A stretch of 64,000 nucleotides of DNA from Octopus sinensis (Eukaryota). The notes beneath the pieces were generated by a model. The model had not been told where the DNA came from and made no database searches. It was given only the letters and a program-made list of their open reading frames with translations. The stretch lies in NCBI RefSeq assembly GCF_006345805.1, contig NC_042999.1, positions 135,160,001 to 135,224,000 of the forward strand. The letters are read 5' to 3'. This document shows positions 1-11,929 of this stretch, piece by piece. Made by a program: the position numbers and the translations under genes. Each line of letters opens with the position of its first letter. Position 1 is the first letter of the stretch.

Positions 1-155
1 GATGTATTTCTATAGATATAGATATATAAGTATACATGTATGTGTAGTTGTATATATATATATAGATGTACATGTAATATGTACACATATATATATACAT
101 ATATACATGCATACATATATACACCCATGCACACATACACACACATACATAAGTG

Positions 156-250
156 CAGGTGTGGCTGTGTGGTAAGAAATTTGGTTCCAAAACACATGGT
201 CCTGAGTTCAATCCCACTGTGTGGTAACTTGGCATGTGTTTTCTGCTATA
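156..250 (+). mobile_element. tRNA-derived SINE fragment (family B)
   Basis: GTGGCTGTGTGGTAAG A-box-like and GAGTTCAATCCC B-box-like head; related copies near 29960-30075, 32245-32375, 46975-47085, 58880-59030. Confidence 0.6.
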
Positions 251-434
251 CCTGTCTGTCTGTGTGAATCCCTAAAACTTGAGAACTACACAACCAATTA
301 CATTCAAAATTTACACATGCCTTACTTAGGGTCCATGCTAGAAGATTGGTTATGGTCTTATATGCTACACCACTGGTTTTAAATTCAATTTAAGCAAATT
401 AATATTCAATTTTTCACCCTTATTATTTTAAATT

Positions 435-527
<93 letters not shown>

Positions 528-532
528 TATAT

Positions 533-955
533 CATCATCATCATCATCATCGTTTAGCGTCCGTTTTCCATGCTAGCATGGGTTGGACGGTTCTACTGGG
601 GTCTGTGAAGCCAGAAGGCTTCATCAGGCCCAGTCAAATCTGCCAGTGTTTCTACGGCTGGATGCCCTTCCTAACGCCAACCACTCCATGAGTGTAGTGG
701 GTGCTTTTTACGTGCCACCCAACAGGTGCCAGACAGAGCTGGCAAACGGCCACGAACGGATGGTGCTTTTTATGTGCCACTGGCACGAGGGCCAGGCGAG
801 GCTGGCAACAGACACGAACGGATGGTGCTTTTTACGTGCCACCAGCACGAGGCCAGTCGGGGCAGCGCTGGCAACGGTCGGGAAACGGAAGGTTCTCTTA
901 CATGCCACCGGCACTGGTAACACATCTGCAATTTCCATTGATCGATTTCGATTCT
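533..955 (-). mobile_element. RTE-clade LINE 3' UTR (5'-truncated) with 3 pseudoknot modules and (TGA)n tail
   Basis: Near-identical to 51944-52350; same sequence is contiguous with RTE RT C-terminus at 54667-55620; (CAT)n on + strand is the tail. Confidence 0.8.
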
Positions 956-960
956 GATCC

Positions 961-1003
961 TATATATATATATATAATATATAATATATATATAATATAT
1001 ATG

Positions 1004-1082
<79 letters not shown>

Positions 1083-1090
1083 ATATATAA
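961..1090. repeat. Imperfect (TA)n microsatellite
   Basis: Direct reading; other (TA)n/(TG)n tracts at 439-530, 7490-7770, 26590-26860, 30940-31150. Confidence 0.95.
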
Positions 1091-1422
1091 TTACAAATTG
1101 AGATAGGGGTTGTGGGTGCAACCCACCATGGGATAACATATATCCAATATACTGCCAGTAAAGCACCCAACAAAGTTAATACATAAATGTTACGAATTGC
1201 GATGCAATTAATTCATTTATTGTATTATATGGGCGAAGGTCAAATGTTTTACCACAAATTCATAATACAAAATAAGAAATTATGTATATACGTGTGTATA
1301 TATATATATATAGGTGCATGTGTATATACACTTATATGTATGTGTATATTATGTTATGTACTTGTACTCATTCTTGTATAGGTGTACCTTCTCTGATATT
1401 CATATTTGGATTGTACTTTATA

Positions 1423-1549
1423 ATCTCTGAAGAGGCCTTGGGATATATTTGTAAGTGTCTCATTTATAACTACATAATTACTTATCACACCTGGCTAATA
1501 TGAGCAAAATGAGATACTCATATCTGCATGGCTGAAACAGCTATAAGAT
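1423..1549 (+). ncRNA. Type I hammerhead ribozyme motif (decayed), long stem II
   Basis: ATCT-CTGAAGA-GGCC...GGCT-GAAA-CAGCTA-T-A-AGAT; stem I ATCT/AGAT; stem III near-palindrome ACAGCT(A)T. Confidence 0.55.
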
Positions 1550-3219
1550 ATAGTTTATATTTATATTTATATTTATCTATATATATTTATTCATTCATAT
1601 TGTATTTATTGTATCATATTACTCATTGATGTGCACTGTTTTGTTCTGTACTATTATGTTTGATCTTGATGTTCATATGTAGTTGGTTAATAAATTATGT
1701 GAATGGGTATTATCTGGTAGTTGATTATTGATTAAGGTGTATTTCTCCATTTTCTTATTTCGTATAAATATATATATATATATATATGGATTTCGTAGAC
1801 AGGAACTGAAGCAAATCAATCATATCTATATGTATGTGTATATGTAACTGTATGTGTGTGTCTTTGTCTCTGTGTTTTGCCCTCATCACTGCTTCACAAC
1901 TGCCGTTCATTTATTTACATCCCCATAACTTACTGGTTTCACAAGAACAAACTAATAGAATAAGTACTAGGCTTACCAACATAAAGAAAACCACTTGGCT
2001 GTGTCTCATATTTTTGTTTTCCCACTCAGTTGTATCTATCAATTTATCTTTGTGTGTGTGTGTGTGTGTGTGTGTATAACACCCTAATGGGGGCCTTATC
2101 TCCCAAATTTTAGTCATTTCTTTTATGATCCAAAACTAGGTCAAAATTACTGTGGATCTTTATGAAATTTGGAAATTATATTCTATGCATAAAGGCCATA
2201 ACCCCCATGAGAATTCATATATTTTTGCTGTTGATGAAATTTTAACCATAGATATTAGACACAATTGAAGTAATATTTATAAAATTTCATCTTCTTACAA
2301 GTTAGAAAGACCCCTCCATGGGAACTTAACACCCACAATTTTGTCTTTTTATCTAAGCAAATATGAATACAGTTGTACTCTTGGAAGCTGTAGGGTTACC
2401 CAAGCATAAAAGATGAGCATTATTTGTAATTCAATGGTACAACAGTGTAAGAGTTTACTCTGAGATATATTTAGATTGTGATTTCTGCAATGTGGTGCAT
2501 AAATTGTCAAGTAAATGAGAGGCATCTTTGCCTCCACTGATTCAGTTGCAAAGTGTTGAGTAAAGCTATATGATTGCAGACATCCTTTCAGTCTTTTTAT
2601 TATCACTGGGTCACACATAGTCCCCAGATGGTAACATTGATTTCAAGGCCTTCCCAGATGAATGACTGGTTATTTAAAGACATATATAGATTGTAAATTT
2701 ATTCTGTCCAGTTACCTGTCAGTGTAGTGGTCATTTGCAAACTCCAGAGGTGACACTTTCATTTCTCCTTAGCCCTCACGTCACACAGTTGTTAATGTTT
2801 ATTTCAGTTGGGTCACACCCTTCCAATCGCTATAGATTCGTAATGAATCTTATGGCTGTGCCTGTCACCTGGATGGTGAGGAATCCTACATTGGGAGTGG
2901 TAACGACTAGGGTTGGGTAGCTGACTGCTTATTGTGATCATTCATTTTTTTGGTTTCCTGTAGCTTTGCTCTCTTTTACAAACCCAGTGAACATATATTT
3001 CCTATTTCAAAGAAATTCAAACAATAGATATAAGACCCAAGTTAAAAAGATTCTCAACAATTCAACAATTTTTTTAGGGTGTGTAAAGAGGGAAATAACC
3101 CTCATCTGCAATTTTGATGAAATTCGAAACATAGATATTCCACTTCATTACAGAAAATATAACAGAAAAGTCTAATTCTTCAATTGCATGTAACACGGGC
3201 AACGCCAGGTATCTTTGCT

Positions 3220-3830
3220 AGTATATAAATAAATGGAGTTTAACGCAGGTATAATTCAAATACATTTACTTCTGACACATGTTTCGAAGATTTCACTGAT
3301 ATTATTCCAAAGGAATAAATGGTGTAAAACAATGTAATCTTCTCTTCAGGGAAGTGAAGAAATGAAACTCGTCAATAAGACATTTTAACAGAAAATGATG
3401 TATATGTATAGTGAAAGAGGAGGAATATTTTTTTTAGTGAATGTTAAATATAAAAAGAAAATTAATGTTTAAATTATATATAATGATAGAGATTACTTAT
3501 ATGAACTAAAGGTGTGTTTTTGCCAATGTTTACATCGGTATGCACGCTCTATAACCATGTTTACTAGGGGATTTTTAGAAAAAATAATGAAAAATAGTTC
3601 AGAATTACAGAGAAGACAGAATTCCTTGCCTTTGTCATAAGGTATCGAGATTGAGAGAATCAACCATTCTAAATTAAATTGTTCATTGTGGTCTTTTAGG
3701 TCCCAAATTAATTTACTGAGCCCTGTACTGTTACATTTATTCCTATCCCTAAATGTTGAGTAATGGATAGAAATTCTTTTAGACAACAGTAACGACATGC
3801 TTTCGATGTAAAATCGTACTTTATTATGAG
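3220..3830 (-). mobile_element. Penelope-like retroelement 3' fragment (GIY-YIG endonuclease C-terminal part plus pLTR)
   Basis: ORF 3493-3798: HYSTFRDRNKCNSTGLSKLIWDLK...FCLLCNSELFFI...YRCKH; followed by hammerhead. Confidence 0.75.
3268..3355 (-). ncRNA. Type I hammerhead ribozyme in Penelope-like pLTR
   Basis: Minus strand: ACTTCC-CTGAAGA-GAAGATT...AATCTTC-GAAA-CATGT-GTC-AGAAGT; 7-bp stem II, GUC triplet. Confidence 0.75.
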
Positions 3831-3889
3831 TACTTATTTTACACTGGTATATAGAATTGAGGATGCTTTATTGTTCTTTTTATGAAGTG

Positions 3890-4720
3890 TTCTGTTCATT
3901 ATGCCCCAGAGATGTTCAATAAAGTTCATATCTGGTGACTGACTTGGCTATGGAAGCTTTTTAATGCCACTTCTTCCAACCAATCCTGGGTCTTTTTTGC
4001 TATGTAACAAGGAACACCATCTTCTGTAATAATTTCACCATTGGAGAAGATTGGAAGGAATCTTTCCTGCAATATGGACACAAACTTATCTGAGTTTATG
4101 TTTCCCTCACACTCCACTGGCTCTGATTGACCATTGCTCCTCAGATCATCACAGAATAGCTGCTATGTTTCATTGTTGACTGCAATCTTTTCATGTCAAG
4201 TTCTTGACCACAGAGTCTCTAGACCCACATGTGACCACTGTTAGAAAATACATCAAATCTGGATTCATCAGAGAATATAACATTGTCCCAAAATGCTAGT
4301 GGCCTCTCCACTATCTTACTGGTGAAATCTTTTCTCTGCTTGGTATTGACTGGTTGAAGAAGTGGCTTCCTTCTTGCTGCTCTGCCACAGTAGGTAAATT
4401 TGTGGAGATACCTGACAGCTGTTCTGGGACTGACATCAACTTGTCCTGCTATATCAGTGGTTTGCAATGAGATTATACTCTACACTTCTCTTAACACAGC
4501 AAAGGCTCTGATTGACCTGCGTGAGGTGATGTGGACTCCTTCCCCTCACCAGTGAATTGCACAATGACTATTAAATGTAGAAAGCAGGATCCCAAGGTTT
4601 TCTGTGATTTTATGCTAAGGATGACCTCCCTTTGCAAATACCTTAAGGCACAGAAAGTGTGCCTAAAGCCAGCTGGAGACGATGTTCTCCTGGGGCTAAA
4701 AGCTACAGTAATACCCACCC
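3890..4720 (-). mobile_element. Tc1-like transposase remnant
   Basis: ARRKPLL...FWDNVIFSDESRF; GNINSDKFVSILQE...DGVPC; frameshifted and with stops. Confidence 0.8.
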
Positions 4721-4806
4721 TTAGTGGTTAGCCATATTGAGATGGCAAATATCCCTCACATTGTTGTGCAGTTACTGTTTATACCTCGTTCAGAGATTTA
4801 TTATTG

Positions 4807-4846
<40 letters not shown>

Positions 4847-5040
4847 CAAAATAAGCAACAAACCGAAGTTATTCTTGTTGCTTATTTTGATTATAATCAC
4901 CTCATGGATTTATATGGATAACACCATACAAAATTCTGGTGCATCTAACTTAAGTACCATATTCATTTGAATCTAAATTTTGCTGAACTTATATATATAT
5001 ATATATATCTGTAAATGTAATATGTGACAATTATTCGGTA

Positions 5041-5110
5041 GCCATGATAAAACTCCGAGTTTCGGATGCCGAGCTGGAAATCCACGCCACCATCTCTTCA
5101 GTTATCTAGC
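5041..5110 (-). ncRNA. Type I hammerhead ribozyme (inverted pLTR copy)
   Basis: Minus: GCTAGATAA-CTGAAGA-GATG...CATCC-GAAA-CTCGGAG-TT-TTATCATGGC. Confidence 0.8.
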
Positions 5111-6929
5111 CATCGGAAAAATGCTATGAAAAATGACTGTTATACAAAGGGAAATTACTGTGTGATTGACCGTTATTAAGACAAAAGAGCTATTTGAATG
5201 ACTTCTTTGTAAGGGGAGGGAGTAAAAGTAAGGAGGCAAAAAAGTTCATAGTATTCGCATAAGCGCACCTGTTCATACCTACACATGTGCACCCACACAC
5301 CCACGTCCGTGCACCTAAAAGTATACATTTATCCACCCTCACTTGAAAAACATTAGCAAGAAAAATTTAATTAAAAACAGTAGCAAGAGAATTTCTAGCC
5401 TCTCCTCCGATAAGGACATTTTTAATAGCGTTGCCCCAGTATATAATAAAGCACTAAAAGAGGAAATAACCTATACACCTGCTACCAGCCCAACAATAAA
5501 GAAGAGGAAACATAGGAATAGGAAAACCATCTGGTTCACACACCCCTACTCACCCGAGGTGACCTTCAATATAGGCAAGTATTTCTTAGCACTGATAGAT
5601 AGACATTTTCCAGTCAACCATACTTATAGGAAGCTCTTCAATAGACACAACTTAAAAATCAGTTTCAGCTCAACTACCAATTTTAAAAATATAATTGCAC
5701 ACAACACACAAAACCACAATACGAAACCAGCTGTTCATGCAGGGATAAAAATTTGTGCCTGCTAAATGGAGCTTGCATGTCCAAGACCATCATTTACGAA
5801 GCAACTGTGGACTCTATACCAACTAAAGACACGGTTTCGACGAAGAAATATGTGGGCCTCACAGAGGGTAATTTCAAGGCCAGGTTCAATAATCACACCT
5901 TGAGCTTTAGGCACTGGGATAAAAGGAAAACGACCAAATTATCCAGTCATATATGGTCATTAAAAAGATAAAGTTACAACATCCATTGGAAGATTTTAGC
6001 CAAGTGTAAGCCCAACGGCAGTGGAAAGTGTGGTCTATGTCATATGGAAAGATGGCTCATCTGGAAAAGCAGCTTAGACCCCGTACATGTCTGAATTCAA
6101 GAACTGAACATTTTGGATCATGCCAAATATTTGTTACGTTTTTGGTCCCCCCGAGACTACAGATAGAACTTGTTTTCAATATTGTGTCCACGCACAAGCT
6201 TTTCATCTCTTTATACTTTTTACTTATATTTCTTATATATTTTTATTTATATTTTTGATACATATATTTCTTACATATTTATAGAGATATTGGTTTATAG
6301 GTTTATTGCTTATATATTTTTTACACATAATTTTTTTTGTATTCTACCTTTCACCCTGCATTTTTCCCTGTGCGCATATAGATGTGTATATGGAATCTTT
6401 TGTGTGCGCATGTGGATGTGTGCGTGTGTGCAGGTATGTGCATATATAGATGTGTGCATGTGTGTGGGTATGTGCATATATACATGTGTGCGTGCATGCG
6501 AATACATGCGTATATAGATGTATTTTACAAATTTTCCTGTATTTTTGTCTTTAGCCCTGTTTTTTCTTGTGTATGTGCGCATACAGACGTATATATGATC
6601 CTTTTTGTGCGCGCATGTGTATGCGGGTATGTGCGAAAAAAAGCCATGTGTGTGTGCGTGCATAAGGGTATGTGCATATATAGACGTGGTTTACTCTTTG
6701 TATACTCCCTTATGCCTTTTTCTGTATTGTTACCCTTAGCCCTGTTTCTTCTTGTGCTTGTGCGTATATAGATGTGTGTATGAACCTTTATGGTGCTCGT
6801 GTGTGTGTATGTATATACATAGACATTTAGCGAATGGTGAGAGTGAGGATGTGTACATTTTCAAGTGAAGGTGGATGAATGGTGCACGCACGTGGGTGTG
6901 AGGGCGCGCATATATAGATATGAACAACA

Positions 6930-7150
6930 GGCGGCGAGATGGCAGAAACGTTAGCACGCCGGGTGAAATGCTCAGCAGTATTTCGTCTGTCGCTACGTTC
7001 TGAGTTCAAATTCTGCCGAGGTCGACTTTGCCTTTCATCTTTTCGGGGTCGATAAATAAAGTACCAGTTACGCACTGGGGTCGATGTAGTTGACTTAATC
7101 CCTTTGTTTGTCTCCTCTATGTTTAGCCCCTTGTGGGCAATAAAGAAATA
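6930..7150 (+). mobile_element. tRNA-derived SINE (family A), inserted into right pLTR arm
   Basis: Head GGCGGCGAGATGGCAGAAACGTTAGC...GAGTTCAAATTC; diverged TSD ATATATAG(A/G)TATGAA(C/T)A at ~6910-6926 and ~7149-7165. Confidence 0.85.
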
Positions 7151-7322
7151 TATATAGGTATGAATAGGCGTGCTTATGCGAATACTATGAACTTTTTTAC
7201 CCCCTTACTTTTACTCCCTCCTCTTACTTAGCGGTCATTCAAATAGCTCTTTTGTCTTAACGGTCAATCATACAGTAATTTTCCTTTGTATAACTGTCAT
7301 TTTTCATAGCATTTTCCCGATG

Positions 7323-7392
7323 GCCAGATAACTGAAGAGATTGTGGCGTGGATTTTCACCTTGGCATCCGAAACTCGGAGTTTTATCATGGC
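7323..7392 (+). ncRNA. Type I hammerhead ribozyme (sense pLTR copy)
   Basis: GCCAGATAA-CTGAAGA-GAT...ATCC-GAAA-CTCGGAG-TT-TTATCATGGC; stem I GATAA/TTATC; predicted cleavage after 7382. Confidence 0.8.
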
Positions 7393-7535
7393 TACCGAAT
7401 AATTGTCACATATTACATTTACAGATAAATTCCTCTATTTACATAATATCGAGGTCTCTTTCTTTCTTTTGTTGTCTTACCATTTTTATCAATATATATA
7501 TATATATATTGTGGTGGCATAAATATGTACATATC

Positions 7536-7576
<41 letters not shown>

Positions 7577-7607
7577 GTGCGTATGTATGTATATACATGT
7601 ACATGTA

Positions 7608-7653
<46 letters not shown>

Positions 7654-7900
7654 CTTATATGTATTTATATGTACATATATATTTATATATATGTATGTAT
7701 GCTTATATGTATTTATATGTACATATATATTTATATATATGTACATATGTGTGTGTGAGTATATATACACAAACATACATTGTATGAATGAAGTTTTCAA
7801 TCATGATGTTGTACCTTATTCTTCAAATGTTTCAATTCTGGGTATGTAGATATATTTACTCTATTGCTGACAATTATTGAAAGATTTCTCCATTGTGTTG

Positions 7901-7949
7901 ATGTGCCATTTTCTATTATTAATAAAACTCAGCATTTTTGCCGACACAG
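7901..7949 (+). CDS. Probable first coding exon of GT31 galactosyltransferase (MCHFLLLIKLSIFADT-)
   Basis: ATG 7901; donor CAG|GTATGT at 7950; phase-1 82-nt intron to TTTCCAG (8031) joins in frame with ORF 8055-8960. Confidence 0.6.
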
Positions 7950-8031
7950 GTATGTTAGTAATAGTAATAATGATAATGATTTTTAATAATACATATATAT
8001 AAGTAAAATGTTTATTTCTTATCATTTCCAG

Positions 8032-8960
8032 GTAAAAAGAAAATTCTCATATGGATGACAATATTAATTATAACCACTTTTGTGTACAGTAGTCAAATGT
8101 ACCAAACCATTCCAGAAACCTTCAAGGATATATTTTCAAGCTGGTGGTTTACAGTCACATATCAACAGTCATATCATTTCTCATATATTCATTTGACAAA
8201 TAATTGTTCTGACTCCGTTCAGATCCTTGTTGCTGTGTGTTCAGCCCCAATAAATATACTGCGTCGAAATACCATACGAGAGACTTGGGGTCAATATGCT
8301 AGGAACAATTCAAACTTTAAGATGGTTTTTTTTGAAGGTGTTACACATAGTCCTGGTGTTCAAGATGATATTCATGAAGAAAGTGTAAAATATGGTGATA
8401 TTGTACAAGAGAACTATATTGATCATTATGAAAACTTGTCTTTAAAGTCAATTGCTTATCTGCGTTGGGTGAGTTCTTCATGTAGGAAAGTAAAATTTGT
8501 GTTGAAAACAGATGATGATATGTATATAAATCTTCCATTGTTAGAAAAAACACTTATGAACATGAAACGTTCTAGGTTTATCATGGGTTTACTTTTTCAA
8601 CATGTTGTACCAATCAGACATAATTCATCAAAATGGTACACACCCATATCAAAATATCAAAAGAATGAGTTTCCTGATTATATGTCCGGGACAGCTTATC
8701 TAATTTCAGGCGACATAGTACCAGAATTATATGCAGAATCATTTAATGAAAAGCTTTTCTGGCTTGAAGATGTTTATATAACAGGGATGCTTGCAAACCG
8801 AGTGAATGCAACAAGAATAAACAGTAACATGTTTACAATCCATAACCAACAATACACTGGCTGTGCCTACAGAAACATAATAAGTGGACATCATGTGACG
8901 CCAAAAAATATGAAAATTATTTATCAACAATTAAAAGACGTAAATCTTGTTTGCCATTAA
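8032..8960 (+). CDS. Beta-1,3-galactosyltransferase 1-like (CAZy GT31, Galactosyl_T domain), type II membrane protein
   Basis: RRNTIRETWG, ESVKYGDIVQENYIDHYENLSLKS, FVLKTDDDMYIN (DxD), YMSGTAYLIS, WLEDVYITG motifs; KKK then hydrophobic TM segment. Family-level call only. Confidence 0.93.
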
Positions 8961-11289
8961 TTTTCTCTTTTAAAAATAGTAGTTGAAGCCTGTAGAAATG
9001 AACTTAGTGCCCAGCTTTCTTGAATATCATTGCATTATATTCTGAGTTAACTTCATATTCTGGATGATTTCTTTCTTCCTTCTGAGGATATGGTTGATAA
9101 AATAAGCAACAGTAATATACTGAGGATCAATTTTCAGAAACTTGCTTTGCAGCCACATTGTTTTAGATTTAATCTAACAGTGGAGTAATTTGGGCAACTA
9201 TTTTCTCTCTTTTTCTCTGAATAAGCTGCATTCAAAATGCCACAGTCAAACACTTCTTACATGAGAAATCTGACTGAAAAGTGAGCTGGCAGGAAGCAGG
9301 ACTGTTTCTCAGAAAATATAGAAAAAGATGAATAATATTTCAAAGACTCAAATTAATTAATTTTCAAAATAATGTCCTATCATTACTCACAATCATTCCT
9401 TTAATTTTAGAATAATTATAAAGAATACAACTGCAAGCAATTTTTTGCATGTGAATGTGAATCCTAAATAGCATGTAACAAAATTAATAATGCTGAAACT
9501 GGCAACTCACCTGGTGATTTTAGACTTAGGTTTTCCATACTCTAATCCTCCTCCTTCTTTGCCTCCTCATCACTGCTGCCGCCACCACCACTACCGCCAC
9601 CACCACCACCACCATCATCATTTAACATCCGTTTTCCATACTAGTATGAGTAGATGGTTTGACAGGAGCTAGCCAGCTGAAGAGCCACCCAGGCTCCATG
9701 TCTGTTTTGGTATGGTTTCTACTGCTGGATGTCCTATGTCCAAAACATTTTGGTACACTCATTTGCTATTTAATTGACTATGTATTAATTGGAAAGAGTA
9801 ATATCACTTTTTTTTTAAACATTCTGTGAAGATGTTGAAAGGGTTTCATGGGCTACATAGAACCAACATTTCAAGCTGCATGCAGCTCATGGGCCATAGT
9901 TTAACCAATCTGGTATAGAAGTCTGTTTCTGACTCTTAAGCAGCTGTGTAGAGGCTCATTTGTTGGCTCATTCAGGAACTAGTAGTACCTGATGGTTGTG
10001 ATAACATTTAGATGCATTATATATAACACACAAGGAACAAAGTTGAAGCAGAGGGAATAAACAAATCATCCAAATAATTGACTAACCTTCACAACTTCTA
10101 CCACATCTTCCTATCTCTGATACTGTTACTACAACCTTTACACACAACAACCGTTGTCACTTCTGTCTATTCTATTCTGCATCAACCTACTCTCATTACA
10201 ACACTACCACATCTTTTCTGTTTCTGGTACTGTTACTTCAACCTTCACACACTACAACTACACAATCTCTATCAATTTTTCTACCACAACAATGGTACCT
10301 GTCCATACTCATTGTAATTGAACAGTTATATTGAAAAGAAGTTTTATTTTTTAAAAAATTAAAGTTATTTTATACAAAATTATAGCAGACTTTCTTCATT
10401 TTATTTGTGCTTCTTTACAATAGTAATGACAAGTTAGTTCAACATTTCTGAACTGTATAATGAAGAACATCTTAAATTACTTTTCAAATTATCCTTTAAA
10501 TGTGATATTGGCAACAGCCAAACTCAACCAACTCCAAAGAAAACAGATTCATTGTTAAAAAATATGCATTGTTCCAAAAAATCTGAATGAAGAGATAAGG
10601 GAAATCTTATTGATAGCGATAACATCTGAAGTGAAACCACAGTTTCTATATGTTGTTTTGGAACTGACAGTAGGAGCCTTGCTTATATTCCCGTTCATGG
10701 TTGACAATCTTGAATGCAATATCCTGCATAAGAAGAAATCACACAATTATTATAATATTCAAATAAACATTCTTTTTTGAGTTTTATTATTTAGGACTGT
10801 GAGAACAGGAACTAATTTCTTGTTATTTTGGATAACACAACCTTATAGTTTAAATTTGTAGGAACGAGTATTTAAAATATATCAGATTAATTCCTTTCTT
10901 ATTGTATTTATTAATAGCATACTAATGGTCATGGAAAGCACAGCCATGGCATAATAATCTAAGAAGCAGGATGCAACATGAGCTTCAGGAAACCAGCTAT
11001 CAAACTAGTGACTGACCACTTAGGTAAGTCTGAAGCTCTGGCCAATTTTGATTCGAGAGGGAGAGAATATTCCTGGTTGGAATGCAATCTCTATCAACAG
11101 ATCATCAGAATTTAGTCAAAAAGAAAATGCAGCAGCTGCATCTGTAGTAAGTGGCCTGTATGGCTTGGATACCATCTTGTGGAGTAACACCACTATCAAT
11201 ACATTTGTACAAACTGTCACTCCGTCAGTTACAATGATGAGGGTTCGAGTTGATCAACGGAACAAACTGCTTGTGAAATTAACGTGCAA

Positions 11290-11532
11290 GTGACTGAATA
11301 CTCCAAAGAGCACATGTACCCATGACATAGTTTTTAGGTAGAATCAGCATGACACAGAGTGTGATAAGGCTAGCCCTTTGAAATACAGGTACTACTCATT
11401 TTTGCCAGCTGAGTGGACTGGAGCAACATGAAAGAAAGTGTCTTGCTCAAGGACACAACGCATTGCTGGGAATTGAACTCACAACCATACAGTCATGAGC
11501 CGAATACTCTAACTACTAAGTCACACGCCTTC
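11290..11532 (-). mobile_element. tRNA-derived SINE (family C)
   Basis: Reverse strand carries GTGTCCTTGAGCAAGACACTT core and GAGTTCAATTCC B box; related copy 61240-61455. Confidence 0.6.
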
Positions 11533-11929
11533 ACATTGTACAAACTAAACAGTTTATAATACAAGTATATGGAGAATGACAAAAGACAGAAAAACTGTAT
11601 TGTTTCCATTACAAACACTTATTTGCAATGAGTTACACTCTGTCTTCAACCTTCAGTGTGTTGTGAATGTTTGAAAAGAACTGATCCTTGATCTTTTGGA
11701 TGTCTTGTTGGTATTTTTCCAGAACAGAATGTTGAGACCTTGCAAACATTGCCTTGATGGATTACAGCAAACATCATGTATCCATCTTTCAGTGACAATG
11801 ACCTTTCATAGTTAAACATTGTTTTACTTAAAAAAAAAAACAAGTATAAATAGGAGCCCAAGTTGTGAACATCTATATGCAACCAGCTACACCCTCTTCT
11901 CAGTATTTAACAAGCAGTACTTTCAGGAG

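Larger units (their letters stand above)
5007..7426 (+). mobile_element. Penelope-like element, 5'-truncated, bounded by inverted pLTR arms (5007-5349 and 6858-7426)
   Basis: ORFs 5343-5765, 5753-5971, 6028-6120 encode RT thumb-linker-GIY-YIG (IIYEATV...KYVGLTEGNFKARFNNH...CGLC); arms are reverse complements of each other. Confidence 0.85.

Noticed and set aside
583-957. 124-aa ORF and its paralogues (37630-38222, 52000-52335, 54783-55094, 60513-60857)
   Set aside because: Antisense readings of a GC-rich RTE 3' UTR; the frame is not conserved between copies.
10-1503. YI/CV/HT-rich ORFs (also 6170-6771, 7341-7849, 22589-23527, 30798-31272)
   Set aside because: Translations of (TA)n/(TG)n microsatellites, open in several frames.
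2700-2960. Possible small exon (TTTCAG 2808 ... GTGAGG 2877)
   Set aside because: No recognisable protein and no linkable partner exon; cannot be supported from sequence.
2966-3222. Helitron-like end (GGGCAACGCCAGG...CTAGT; related motif reversed at ~26360)
   Set aside because: Suggestive only; the 5' end and boundaries could not be defined.
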